The position numbers and the translations under genes were made by a program. The notes below the pieces were generated by a model. That model was given only the letters and a program-made list of their open reading frames with translations, ran no database searches and had not been told where the DNA came from. Below are positions 1 to 13,689 of a DNA stretch of 64,000 nt, piece by piece; positions within the stretch are counted from its first letter, which is position 1; the number at the start of each line of letters is the position of its first letter. Source of the DNA: Octopus bimaculoides (Eukaryota); contig NC_068983.1 of the NCBI RefSeq assembly GCF_001194135.2, positions 67,079,245 through 67,143,244 of the forward strand, written 5' to 3'.

Positions 1-652
1 ACATGTAAATTATCAAGATGCATGACAGCTTTAAGTTAATAATGAAAATTCATTTACCATTAACTTCTGAAGATGGATGCTTATTTTATTCATATTTGAT
101 ATCACATTTGGTTATCAATAATCTAATCATTGGTCCATTGCATCTCTGATGATGAGAATGACAGACAATTACCAGTGCAACTTTGGTATAACAAATGTCA
201 CACAGGGTATATATATCCAAAAGCACCAAAGTCTTGGTTCTTCAAGATGTCTACATCTGTTACTAATTTTGCATGAGCAACACACACGTACACACACCAT
301 GGGCTTCTTCAGATTCCTACAATCAATTTCACTCCAAGGTGCTGATCAAGAACACTCGCTAATAGCATACATACTGTGGGACCAAACACTCAATCTTGTA
401 GTTCCAAAGTGAACTTTTTACCCACACAGTCGTCCTTGTATACACACATGTATGCATATGTGAGCATGCATGCATGCAAGTGTGTGTTTGCACTGGATCT
501 CTATCAATTATATATGCTAATAATATTCATCAGTTGCAACTCTTAACAGAAGTATTGCTGTCCTCATGACAGAGTAGAATTTCAACAATGCACAGACTGG
601 ATGCTACAAAGTATCTTGTCCTAAAAATGTAACAATTCTGCCCATCCATTAC

Positions 653-691
<39 letters not shown>

Positions 692-1151
692 NNNNNNNNN
701 NNNNNNNNNNNNNNNNNNNNNNNNNNNNNNNNNNNNNNNNNNNNNNNNNNNNNNNNNNNNNNNNNNNNNNNNNNNNNNNNNNNNNNNNNNNNNNNNNNNN
801 NNNNNNNNNNNNNNNNNNNNNNNNNNNNNNNNNNNNNNNNNNNNNNNNNNNNNNNNNNNNNNNNNNNNNNNNNNNNNNNNNNNNNNNNNNNNNNNNNNNN
901 NNNNNNNNNNNNNNNNNNNNNNNNNNNNNNNNNNNNNNNNNNNNNNNNNNNNNNNNNNNNNNNNNNNNNNNNNNNNNNNNNNNNNNNNNNNNNNNNNNNN
1001 NNNNNNNNNNNNNNNNNNNNNNNNNNNNNNNNNNNNNNNNNNNNNNNNNNNNNNNNNNNNNNNNNNNNNNNNNNNNNNNNNNNNNNNNNNNNNNNNNNNN
1101 NNNNNNNNNNNNNNNNNNNNNNNNNNNNNNNNNNNNNNNNNNNNNNNNNNN

Positions 1152-1198
<47 letters not shown>

Positions 1199-2617
1199 AC
1201 ACACACACACACACACACATGCATGCACGCATGCGCACGTGTAATAATGTGTGCATATATGTGTGTGTGTGTGTGCGTCATACAACAGAGGAATCAGATG
1301 TAGTATAAGAGTGACAACTGTACTGGTTTGATTATGCAAAGCATAAAGATGATAGCTCCATAAAGTGTCAGTCACATACGCTAGATGAAACTTGTTGGAG
1401 AGGGAGACCCAGGGAGATTCAGGATGAAGTAATGAAGGCTAATCTCAAGATGCTGAGCCTCACAGAAATTACAAAAGACCAAGATGACTGGTGATTCACT
1501 GTGCTTGAGAAAACCTGTCCACCACAGCAAAAATGGTATCCTAAAAGCATTCTATGTGTGGTAGTAGTCTATTCTCTTCTATTCTCATTTCCCTCACACC
1601 CAGCCCTTTAGCATTCATCTATCTATAGAACGTCTTTGTACTGCATGTAAATTCCTAGCCCTTGGAACCACTTCCATCTTTTATTCCAATTAGCCTCCCT
1701 TCCCCACCCAAACTATCCCCTCATCCCCCATTCACCTGCTTTCTATGCCTTCACTTATCTCTCATCTCTGCCATATACCATTTAACACCATAAATCTGCC
1801 ATCAATGCCTGCCCCTCTACAGCCACCTTTATGTACACCTACATCTCTCTCTTCACCATAACTACACCTTGCACATCATTCCTTACTTTCTGATCAATCT
1901 ATGTGTGTCTGTTTACATGCACATATATGTATATACATCGTTCAGAGATTTATTATATGTGTGTGCAAGTGTATGTGCAGTGTACTTGTATACCTATATT
2001 ATTTTTCATAACACATGACCATTTGAAGGTGTTGAAGTTGTTTCCCTTCATGTTTTACTTTGTAAATTATTTAACATGTGCTAGAATTGCTCATTCTTTT
2101 TTTTTTTTTTTTGAAAGGTCATCATGCTGTCTTTTTTAACTCATAATGGTCAACTAATGTTTTTATATCCATAAATTCATCAATTCTGACAATCAAATTA
2201 ATGCTCTCTTTTTTTTATTAGTGAATCTAAGCAATATATATAATACACTATGCTATTAATGTATTTAATACAATATATATATCATGGAAAGTGGACGTTA
2301 AACGATGATGATGATGATGATGATATAAGAGGGATGACCACTAGGTGGACACCTAATATGCTAAATGTAGACCCCATGTGGTCTAACCACTAAGGAAATA
2401 ATATATATACCCTGTGTGACATTTGTTATACCAAAGTTGCACTGGTAATTGTCTGTCATTCTCATCATCAGAGATGCAATGGACAATGATTAGATTATTG
2501 ATAACCAAATGTGATATCAAATACGAATAAAATAAGCATCCATCTTCAGAAGTTAATGGTAAATGAATTTTCATTATTAACTTAAAGCTGTCACATGCAT
2601 GTTGATAATTTACATGT
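1..2617. repeat. Near-perfect inverted repeat pair, arms 1-216 and 2401-2617
   Basis: 2401-2617 is the reverse complement of 1-216 with about four differences by eye. The left arm runs off the window start. Confidence 0.9.
1378..1900 (+). mobile_element. RTE-clade LINE 3' end (decayed ORF C-terminus plus pyrimidine-rich 3' UTR)
   Basis: Translation TCWRGRPREIQDEVMKANLKMLSLTEITKDQDDW*FTVLEKT matches the RTE C-terminal GRPRKTW...DR..WR pattern. A CT-rich tract follows. Confidence 0.65.
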
Positions 2618-3178
2618 GTGTGAGTGAATTTAAAGATATGTTACTCTACTACTCTATTCATATTACTAGAGCTTTTCTTAACCAATGGAAGACTATAGAT
2701 GCCAATGAAATACTAATCTACAGAAATAGTGGCTATGATCTAGTTCGCACTCTTCAGAAGATGAAGAATTTGACACATTCTATTGATTCTGTTCTGTCAA
2801 TAATGAAAAAAACATTCCACCTGTTCCTATATATATATATATATATATGTTTGTGTAGATGCAGGAATTATTGAGTGTGCATGTGAATGAATGTCTATGA
2901 CGTGTGCATGCTAATATATATACACATACACACATATGCATTTAAGCATAATATGTGAGTATATGTAAATACAATAACAAGTATACTTAAATGCATGTGT
3001 TTTAAGCATTTATTGATATACCTCTGTGTGTAGTTGCACACATGCATGCATATACTCATGCATATGTGCTCAAATATTTGAATTATAGCAGTTTTCTTGT
3101 ACTACCAACATAGAAATACTGAACAAGCAATAGTTTCCACTGTGAAGAGCGTATGTTGAAAATGATTTTCTTTTTATC

Positions 3179-3520
3179 ATTGACAAGATTATGAGTTCTG
3201 TCCAAAAAGTTACAAGACTTCTTTTAAAAAAACCAAGTTATTGCTTTACTTATAATTTAATTACACTTGTTTCCTTTAAGGTAGTTCCCTTTTCTTTTGA
3301 TACACTGTTTCCAGTTTTCTATTTGCACACCTTCAGGTGTTGTTCATAGTTTTTATGGTGCATTTTAAAAAATCTCTTGTTTTCTGAAACCAACAACCTT
3401 TCAGCTTGGTTTACTTTATTTGGAAACTTTCAACAACCGATAGATAACCAATGAATTGCCAAAGCATAAATCTAACCAGAGTCAAGGCAATGATTCAAGT
3501 ACCATGCATGTACATGCACT
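3179..3520 (-). mobile_element. Highly decayed mariner-like remnant
   Basis: Starts with a mariner-TIR-like gagttctgtccaaaaagt, followed by sequence resembling a mariner 3' region. Recognition by eye only. Confidence 0.35.
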
Positions 3521-4535
3521 GAAACTCGTTTATGTCTCCTTTTAAAATAGTGAGTTTATCTGACTAAAAATACAAATACGTATCAATAATGATAATAACA
3601 CATGTATGTTGTGAATCTATTCACATATAACATATACAAATAAATCTAATAACATACAAATTTATGCAATTATTGCCATACATATAAATGCATAGAATGA
3701 CATACTGAGACATAGCATAGCATGAAAACTTAAATACTTGGTTTTACTACCTGTCAGTCTGCCAGTCAGGAGTGTCAGTAGGAAGCTGCTATGATATTTT
3801 TTCAGCTTTGTAGCCCATTTAATGTAAAATCATAGGAGTGTTATGATTTGAAAGTATTGTTGTACTTTGGAAAGAGATCAACCTTCAGGCATCTTTGACT
3901 TGGGTATTTATATCTTGTGCAATAAATTGCTTGCTGATTGATTTTAAATTGAGTACCCATCAGAACGGACGTGTCTCTTCAATTTTACAGATTAAAATGA
4001 ACTGTTTATCATTTTATACTTACATGGTTTCTATTAGAAATACCAAAAATTATACAGAGAATTTAGTTTGTAGTGTGTGATCCTGCTGACATAGGGTTTT
4101 AAGAAGGCTTAAACATTCAATTCACATGAGAAAAGATTTCCATGATAAACACTCTGAATTATTGATTTCAGTCTCAACAGGAATTGAATTACATGTAGCT
4201 TCCAGAAAATACCTCAGCCCTTTGCCTTACATCTTGTGCATATACTGTCATACATATAAAATAGTCATTCAAATTCTGTATGAATATGGCAGACAGATAA
4301 ACCCACACTATATTGAATATCTTATGATAAGATGTTAAAGAAGGAAGGATTATGAAATGTATAAATATATTTTGTGAAAGTGTGAAAATCAAAGCCTTAA
4401 TAATTATCATTGAAAGGTTTGAAGGTTTGAAGTGACAATAGTTTTAATGCAAAACATTAAAAACTACATGGTTGTTACAACTTAAGGCTGTCAGTATCAG
4501 TTTGCTTCTAATTCTTTTGCTCTTTTGCCACTAAG

Positions 4536-4556
4536 AGTAATCCTAATGCAACTGCT
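4536..4556 (+). other. Candidate 21-nt microexon (AGTAATCCTAATGCAACTGCT)
   Basis: Long polypyrimidine tract with three TGC motifs and a CTAAT branch-like motif, ending in AAG|. Donor |gtgagt. Length is divisible by 3. Confidence 0.3.
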
Positions 4557-5279
4557 GTGAGTACAACTTAGTTGTTGATGATTTTCATGAATACATTGTA
4601 TATTTAGCATATTTTTTTCTTTTTTCTCACCAAACACAAATATGATTCCTCACTCGTTTTCACTTGCTGTAATTTAAGTATGTGTTGTTCTTCAGATAGC
4701 CTGTATAACTAAAGAATCCTACCTGTAGAATTTGAGCATCATACGTTTTGAATGTTTTCAAAGTCAAAACAATGCAACTTACAAGAAAGAATACAAGTTG
4801 ATGGTTTACCTTGTATTTCAGCATTTCAGAGTTAGGAATCCTTCTTCAGAAAATTTCCAGAGAAATGGTGTTACACACATTCCACAGAACAGAGAAGTTA
4901 GCTCACAAGCTCTCAACACCATTACACTGAAGATTTCCTGAAGGGTCCTAACCTCTAAATATTGAAAACAATGTAAAAGTACAAACCATTAACTTGTGTT
5001 ATTTCTTGTAACTTGTATTGTTTCTCTAAACAATACAAGTTATAAAACTAACTTGCTCACTGATACTCTACAGTTTTTGTTCAGGAAAGAGCTGCCTTAC
5101 ACACCTACAACAGCACTATGACTGGCTACTAAAACAACAGCTCAACCATTTAAATGTGAATGTAATAAATCTCAACTTTGCAAAGTTCATAATTTGATCA
5201 TGGAATATATCATAAACTGCATAACCTAGACATATTTGGAAATGTAGCAATCAGATAGCTGCAGCCATTAGCGTTCCTT

Positions 5280-5470
5280 TTGAGGAGACATCAATTTGTA
5301 GTGGAGTTCCTTGGAGAGCTGCACTAGAACCAATACTGTTTGTGGTGGCTCTCAGATATGCGCTCAGTCATATGTTAGCTGCTTTCACCAGCTACTCTGA
5401 CAAATAAGAAGAATCACAAACATTCAAGGATCTTGATGATTATTCATAACTACAAGAAGACTTGAATGTG
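5280..5470 (+). mobile_element. CR1/Jockey-type LINE reverse transcriptase remnant
   Basis: SGVPWRAALEPILFVV resembles SGVPQGSVLGPILF, followed after a frameshift by a LQEDLN-like motif (RT domains 4-6). Contains stops and frameshifts. Confidence 0.6.
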
Positions 5471-7437
5471 ATATATTTGTTGTTATTATTAGTTCCCTTT
5501 ACATGACCTTCATTAACTTCGTTATTCTTGTTTATAGTACTACTATTATTAAGATTCTGTGTGTATCTATTTTTACTTGCATTATTCTTACCGTGACTTA
5601 TCATAATCATTATAATGGCCGTGATTATTTTCTCCTTTTATTAAGTTTATGGATGAAGTATTCTAGGTTTTCAGAAGTAACAATTCAATAATTTCATTGT
5701 GTGCCTCTTAAAAATCTTATGGTATATGTTAGATTTTGGAAAATATTATACAACACAACAAAGAATTTTATGAGTCACAAATATCATTCAAGGTTGCTAA
5801 GGAATTGTTAGGAAGAAAGCATGACTAAAGTTCCATATAACAGAGATGCATGGTAGGGTGGTATGGCAAATGGATTTTACGTATTTTCAAACATGCTTTT
5901 AGCTAGAAAATAAGAGATTTGTGAGGAGAAATAGAATGTGTTGAAAGAGATTCATTAGATCAAAGTTTGACAACAATTAAAAGACATTGAGCACTGATGT
6001 AGAAAAAAAATTATCTGTACTGCAGATGTTATCACATTCTTTGAAACTTTAACATTGTTGTTAAAAAAAAGTGCATGCTTGTCAGAACAATAGAATAGGA
6101 AACAAAGGTTTCTATATTGTCACTATCTGCTACATCAGTCCTGGCACTGATCCTATATTGAAGTTTATGGCATTGGATGGATCTTTTGAAATTTGTACTT
6201 TCAGGTGGGACACTAGTTACATACTGATTGAGGAGAGATGGGATTATGTATAACTTGCAATGCAGCTTTGTAATGTGTTACACATGAGTTTTGATCTCTG
6301 AACCAAATACCTTAGCCTTTCACTGAGAAATGATTTCCACCAGTACCATCTGATAATGGCATTACACAAATTAAATTCTTGAAAGAAATAACACTTCAAG
6401 ATTTACCTTCAAGGTTAACTTTTGAGTTAATTAAATGCACCCAAGATTTCAAAAATGACATTAGGCTTAGCTGTGTTTTATCCCCCACCCCACTTGAAAT
6501 AAGGGAAAATTTTTTTTTTTTCATGGCACTTACTTGAAAATTGCCTTACAGGACACAGAGCCTCATTTCTCTTTGCTGGTTATTTCCATTTCAGAGTGAC
6601 CAGACTCCTAGGCAGGCTGGCTTCACTGGAGCTATAGAGCCACATTTTTCTTTAAGTTATTCTCATTATCCCTAACAAAATTTTAAAATGGCTTACACAT
6701 TTCCTTAACCCTATCAGCTCCATTTTTCCTCTTCTCTCCCCTCTCAATCATTCTTTTTTTATACATACAAACACAAAACTCATCTAAAATTATCTTCATT
6801 CTAGTGAATTATGTATAAAGCATAAAAATGAATATTTTAGGTTTATAGAATAATTATCTTAAGATTTTTCAGACAAGTGACTTAGAAGAAATGAGAAAAC
6901 CCTTTAAATATGGAAAAGCTAAATTCATTTCAGCCATTCATTGATAGGCAAATAAACAAGTTTTGTTTCCTTTCTTTTAAATCATCTCATTGAATTGACT
7001 AAACTCACTGCTTTTTTTGCTTGATTTTATTATTTGTTTATACAGCTTTTTGTTTTGTGATTTTGAACTGGCAATAGGCTGTGTTTATCTCTAGTTTCAT
7101 ACTTGGAATTGGAATATTTCTCTGCATTCTTGCAGTATAATAGGAATAACCAGAAAGCATCCCCCATTAATCAGTCTTCTAATGTAAAACATTGAGCTGC
7201 TATGCAGTACACAGAATTTAGATGTTTCTTATGCAACCAGTTTGATGTTTATCACAGTAGTGTAGCTATATTTGATTGGATATTTTCTTTTCTGCTAGTT
7301 ACATTTAGATTTCTTTGTTATATCAACTTGTTTGTTTTGTTTATTAATTTATAACAAACAATGGACTAGAAACATGATAGATGAGTTGGAGGAATATGTA
7401 TGTTTATTTGTAAATGTGTATAAATATATATGCGCTA

Positions 7438-7479
<42 letters not shown>

Positions 7480-10393
7480 AACTGTAGTAGATAAAAATGC
7501 ATTGAAAACCTTGTTTTTTCAGAATGAAGAACAATAATTTTTTTTTTATTTTTGAGTGATCTAAGTGCTTGTAAATAAAAAAATAAGTGAAAGATAGAGA
7601 ACAGCTCAAAGATGACAAGAATTTTATAGCTTTACGTATGATAAGGGTGACTAGAATTCTGTCAAGACTAATTATCTCATTCATATTAATAAGGGAAGTG
7701 GGTAAATTGAGTAGAGGGATTTTATGCAAAACAAATAGAAGGAACAGGTTTCAGCATTCATAAGACAGTAGTGTAGAGTTGTAGTTAACAGGAGACTTAA
7801 ATAAATGGTTTTATTTGGCTGAAAGATTTTTTCATCTTTTTGATGACGTTCTTATGGTAATTGTGGCTGGCAACAAAAAGCCTGATTTACCAGTCACTGA
7901 TACTTTTCAAACTTTGAGCTTTAAGGGAGTTTTGTATGGTCTTTCAATCTGCTAGATATACTACCAAATTCCATCATACCACATCCACTTGTCTTATTAT
8001 AGTGAGATAGCCTTGTATCTCATGATATTAAGGAGAAGAACCAGGATAGGTGCGTGAAGGGAACAAGATAATGATGATAGATAGAGAGTGATTGAACTAA
8101 GAGTGTGGTAGGAGAAGAGAATGATAGATTTAATAGAGGGTAGACAGTGTTAAGAGTGATGGATGTTAGTAACAAATAGCAAAGGAGAAGCAGAAATGGC
8201 TGGCTATACAGAAAGGATTGGTGGCAGACTGTGGTAGCATGATAAAGATTGTGGGAACTAAGAATTGCTATTAGATAAGTTCTATATCTTCTCTCATTAT
8301 ACAGTGAATAGAAGAAGGTGAGAGGGTTCAACAGGTCCTGTAACATACCTAATTATACATGTAGCGTAATACAGTGAATAGGAGAGCTCCACTGCCATCC
8401 TTAGACACACTTGAAGCAGAGTATAGTGAAGTGAGGGTGAATGATAGAGAATGTAGACTGGAATGCATTAAAAGAATAAAAGACTGATGGTCATGGTTGA
8501 AATGCATTTGGTTATAGGTTTGCAAAGCTGATTTAAAGGCTATAAAATAACAACTTTCCAATGTTTGTTTTGTGATTCACAAAGTCGTTTTTTGAAGAAT
8601 ACAGAATAGAGAAACCAATTTACAAGAATTATATTTGTAGTGAGTCAGTTGATATACATATTTACATATACTGATCATTATTAAAATACAGAAGCAGGCA
8701 TTGTTTGGCTCATTAAAATGACTTGAATAAAAGTTTTAAAATTATTTTGCATATTATTTGTTTGGCTCTATCCCCTTTACTAGTTATATTCACTCTTATA
8801 TAATCTATAATTTAATTTTATATATTCTATAATTTGATCAAAAACAAAAAAGTTATCGAAGTTGATTATTACATTTCAATTCAAAATTCACATGTTCTTT
8901 GGGTTTTTTGTTATTATTAAACAGCATAAATCAGTTTTCATATTGTTGTTCATTAACAGTGTTTTCTATTCAAATTGTTAATGACATTTACTATTGAGTC
9001 CCTCAAACAATAAGTCCTAATTTGTGCCAGTGGCTAACATATCCTGAAGCAAATAAGTCTTAATTTGCTTTGAGAATCCTTGTCATCTTTGCAAGAAAAT
9101 GAATTGGTCAGAAGTCATGGAATTTTAAAAGTTCCTTATTATTTTTATCTTCATCATGATAATCATTGTTTCAAATATTTCCTTTTATATTAGTAGTATT
9201 ATCTTATAGTTTAGTATGGTTTCAACTTATCAGAATAAGATTACTCAAATATACTGTAAAATATATATGCACTTGTAAACTTAAGAAGGTGCTTAAGTAT
9301 CTATAAGATATTTCAACAGATCTTTATTGGTAAATTAGTTTACCATAAAGCTTGTATATATAGTAAATTTTCTGGTGTATATGTATATTTGTATTGACTT
9401 ATTGTTCTTTGCTATATAGATTATATACACAGAAATTATCAGTGAAAGCTTCCATTCGAAACTCACAGGTGTTTACTAGCAGAATTAAATTTTGCAATCA
9501 CTCTAATAACTATGAAAACCATTGCTAAATTTAGCTTCTTGTAGCAATAATTTCACCAATTAGCTCCAACATCTAATCATGCTAGTATCAAATAAAGTAG
9601 TCGGTAATTTTCTTGTTATATTTTAGGAATTAGTCTTGGGGTTTCACACGTTAATATTTTTTTTTTTTTGTTTTCAATCCACAGACATGTTTCTTAATTA
9701 CTAGTAAAACAGACCTCTTGAACCATTAGTAGGTGTGTGTATGCATGTGAATGTGGAATGATGTATACAAGAAAACAAGAGAGAGAAAGTAAACTATTTT
9801 GTATTCATAAACAGTTTGACCATCATGGTTAAATTCTCTGAAATGCTATATATAGAAGGAATCTCTGCTAAAGATCTTCCAAGATTGCTTTTGATGTAGG
9901 ATTCAATGCATCTTTTTCCAATTACTTTTCTGTTTTGGCATATTTTTGGAACTATTTTCTAAACATTAGAAATGTTAATAAATCAATAAATATTAGTAAC
10001 TGGAAGACATTGTAGCTTTAAAAAAAAAAATTAATTGTCTTAATCAACATGTGCATAGATGCTGCAATTTTGTTTAACCCTTTTTATAATTTTATTTAAA
10101 TACGCTCAGTAAAAGTGACATGATGTTACTAAATAGTTGTCTTCTAATCAGTGCCTGTGTTTCCAGTTATGCTACTGGCCAACCACTTTTAGCAATTACT
10201 ATTTAATGTCTACACCATTTGGAGAAAGATTACAAAAAGCTAGTATTAGTGGAAAATATTTGTAAGCAGACATAATGAGTTGAGTGAGGAAGATTGGCTA
10301 CAATTTGTATGATTAGTGAAAGTTAAATAGTCTGACTGATTTAGCTCTACTGGCAAAATAGCCTATTTCTCATCAGTATTTGTAAATTTACAG

Positions 10394-10521
10394 GTGCTGG
10401 AGCTCACATACGCACAAGTGCTGGCATAGGAAGTAGTGGCTGTGGTACAGCTGGTAAACAGAGTGATTACATAGTCCAGTTTGGGGATGCTCTTGATGTC
10501 AAACCATATCTTAGTATTGAG
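10394..10521 (+). CDS. Internal coding exon (128 nt, phase 1 to phase 0) of an unidentified multi-exon gene; peptide xAGAHIRTSAGIGSSGCGTAGKQSDYIVQFGDALDVKPYLSIE
   Basis: Acceptor tttacag|G at 10393/10394 and consensus donor GAG|gtaagt at 10521/10522. Only one frame is open. The segment is GC-richer and protein-like against AT-rich flanks and does not resemble a repeat. Gene not recognised. Confidence 0.8.
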
Positions 10522-10820
10522 GTAAGTATTATTTATCTATGAATCAACATTTCTTTTCATAATTCACTACTTTACTCAAAAAAAAAAAGCTATACTTTTG
10601 TTGTTAGTCTCTTTCAAAACAAAAAAAAAAATTAAGCTGATTGCATGTATAAAATATTACTCAAATACATATAAATTATTGTATGTTACTTTAAAATAAT
10701 TGAAAATAACTGCTTATCATTTATTTCTTTTCTAAACTCCACTGTTGCTTCAAATATTTGTGCACATTTTACATATTTTAGTTACTTATTGATTTTACTA
10801 GTCTAGCATGAAATACTTGG

Positions 10821-10902
<82 letters not shown>
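10821..10902. repeat. (AT)n microsatellite, representative of many (also ~655-691, 1152-1194, 23542-23602, 29287-29332); (GT/CA)n at ~7440-7477, 16777-16822, 38381-38416, 42018-42062, 55285-55340
   Basis: Direct inspection. Four of the six assembly gaps have (AT)n on at least one side. Confidence 0.95.
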
Positions 10903-10905
<3 letters not shown>

Positions 10906-10970
10906 TAGTAATGGTAAGACAACAAAAGAATGAAAGAGACCTTAATATTATGTAAATAGGAGAATTTATC

Positions 10971-12115
10971 TGTAATGTAATATGTGACAATTATTTGGTT
11001 GCTATAAAAAGACTCCAAGTTTCGGATGTCGGGGTGAAAACCTGCTCTAGCATCTCTTCAGTTATCGAGGCAATCAAAATATGCTAGGAAAATGACCGTT
11101 AAACAAAGGGAAATTACTATGTAATTGACCGTTATTAAGACAAAAGAGCTATTAGAATGACCATTAAATAAGGGGAAAAACCGAAGGAGGACGTAAAGAA
11201 GTAAAAATGCTCAAAGCAATTGTGTATACGCACTCGATACGTTGAGCAAGACTTTTCCTGACATATATATTTACAAAGATGATGCCCTAGCTTTAACCGC
11301 AAATACTAATGGACCAGTACAAGATCAGTTTAGGAAGAGCATTATATGTACATGTGTATGGTTGCATATATACGTGGGTGTACATGTGAGTATGAGTGAG
11401 CATATGCATATATAGCATGTACGTATTTTAGACGAGTATTTGAATATAACTGTGCACGTATGGGTATGTGTGCGTGTGTGTACGCGTGTGTGCAGATATA
11501 CATATGTGTATGCGTGTGTGCAGGTATGTATATATGTACATGTACATGTGTATGGTTGCATATACATGTGAGTGCACATGCATGTGTTTCACACGTGTGT
11601 GAGTGAGCATATAGCATGTGTGTATCTTTAGACGTGTATTTGAATATAACTGTGCACGTATAGGTATGTGCACGTGTGTGTGCATACGTATGTGTTTTTG
11701 TGGATATGTATATGTGTATATGCATGGTTGCATATATATATGCATCTATTGGCATATGTGTGGGTGCACATGTATGTGTTTCATGCGAATGTGAGTGAGC
11801 ATATGCATATAGGCACATGTATATGGGTGTGCATGCATGCATGCGTTTGTATGTACATGCATACATATGCGATTGCTATGAGCATTTTTACTTGTTTACT
11901 TTTTGCTTCCTCTTCCGGTTTTTCCCCTTAATTAACGATCATTCTAATAGCTCTTTTGTCTTAATAACAGTCATTTGCATAGTAATTTCCCTTTGCTTAA
12001 CGGTCATTTTGATTGCCTCGATAACTGAAGAGACGCCAGAGCAGGTTTCCACCCCAACTTCCAAAACTCAGAGTCTTATTATGGCAACCGAATAATTGTC
12101 ACATATTATATTACA
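10971..12115. mobile_element. Non-autonomous fold-back/MITE element with about 245-bp terminal inverted repeats around an alternating purine-pyrimidine minisatellite
   Basis: 10971-~11220 (tgtaatgtaatatgtgacaattatt...aagacaaaagagctattagaatga) is the reverse complement of ~11870-12115. The interior has a roughly 190-200-bp degenerate unit repeated about three times. Confidence 0.8.
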
Positions 12116-12272
12116 TATATATATATATTTGTATATAATTATGACCACTAAAGTGGACATTTAATGTGCTAGAAGAAGATCACATGTTGTGTCTACTAAA
12201 ACCTAATAGTTCTCAAAAGAAATTCAGCGAAATACCAAACCGTATGCGGGCAAGACACACACACACAAATAC

Positions 12273-12314
<42 letters not shown>

Positions 12315-12844
12315 TTTGTTTTTTTTTCCAATAGAATTTTTTAAACTTATATTTTATCTCTGTCGAAAATATCTTTCTCCTGCATAAAAATATGAATGTT
12401 TATGTGAGCTAAAATATATGAATAATTTTTAAATTCAAAATACAGATTATGTGCACTTGTCAGTTTCTAAGAAGAAAATATATAGCTGCTAATAAAGTAC
12501 TATAATAATAGGGTTCTTCAAATGTTAATCAATATTTTTACTCAACATTTATTCTTATGGAAGAATATTTTGTATTGGCCTCTGAAACCAGCAAGGACCT
12601 TGAATCAGTAAGCTGTCACACATCTGCTCCCGCTAGTATATCTAAAACAGGATCCCTTTATTTTAAGTCTTAAAATCATAGAATAACTGGTTGGGGAATA
12701 AAGTACAACTCAAACTGACTCTGACTTGGTCATAAAAATGTAAGTAGCTATCTTTGACATTGCTTTGCTTAAGAGATTGACCATAACTATTTAGTATATT
12801 GATTTCCACTTAGGACACGTTTTTTTATTGTCCAGTCTGTATAT

Positions 12845-13033
12845 CATTCTCTCTCCCTCCCTTCTGCCCCCTCCCTCTCTCTCCTCCCCCTCTCTCCTCC
12901 CTCCCTCCTGCTTTCCTCCCTCGCTCCTGCTCTCTGCCTCCTACCCTCTCTCTCCCTTCTGCTCTCCTCCATCCGTCTCCCCCTCTCTTTCTCTCTCTCT
13001 CTCTCACTCACACACACACACACACACACACAC
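12845..13033. repeat. Polypyrimidine (C/T) tract followed by (CT)n and (CA)n
   Basis: Direct inspection. Confidence 0.9.
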
Positions 13034-13689
13034 ATCTGCAAGTACCAACAATACAAGGTTAGATCATGGTAACAACGGCTATTCTGTTTAGTATTCTACA
13101 TTAGAAAATCAAGTTGACATCAGAGGTAACTAGAATTAATTAATGCTGAGATATTAGACTGTGTCACTGGTAATGTTTGATATAGTACTGATTCTTAACA
13201 AAGTGCTGAAATCATAAATATTACATTAAAAATAACATGATATCCACAGTGTTTGCTTTTTTTTTTTTTTAATCAATGATAACTCAGTATCTAGACTACT
13301 TTCAGAATAAGCAATCAATAACAGTACCAAATATAAGAAATATTAATTCCTTCAGTGTATAAAATTACTAACTTTTCTGTGCCTTATTAACTTCAAAGCA
13401 TCAAACTGAAGCAACTCTATATTTTGGCCCAGTTTAATCTCTGAAGTGGATTATGAAAATCGAGAACAAAATGTGTAACCCCATCCTCATTCACTACTAC
13501 AGAAAGCAATAAGAATGTTGATCGTAATTATCGATATGTCATCAACAAAGATCTAAAGTTTTTTTGTTTTTTTTTTCCTTTTTGGTCATAGTCTTGTTGC
13601 TGCTCTTATTGCTGCTACATTTTCTACTTGATGTTATGTAGTTGTTTTTGTTGTTGATTAGATGTGAGTTAATTTTGTTTTTTTAATAT

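Noticed and set aside
530-1375. Long ORFs spanning N runs (also 17770-18447, 55699-56802, 59469-59885)
   Set aside because: They are open only because N codons and (AT)n tracts contain no stops.
5085-5155. Possible exon KSCLTHLQQHYDWLLKQQLNHLN
   Set aside because: Weak donor (AAT|gtgaat), and the phase is incompatible with the 10394 exon.
11340-11870. Regularly recurring units that might suggest a CRISPR-like array
   Set aside because: This is a degenerate eukaryotic minisatellite with no constant repeat and unique spacer pattern, and no cas genes.
11325-12095. His/Thr/Tyr- or Val/Cys-rich ORFs here and at other (CA)/(TA) repeats
   Set aside because: These are translations of dinucleotide repeats with no splice or homology support.
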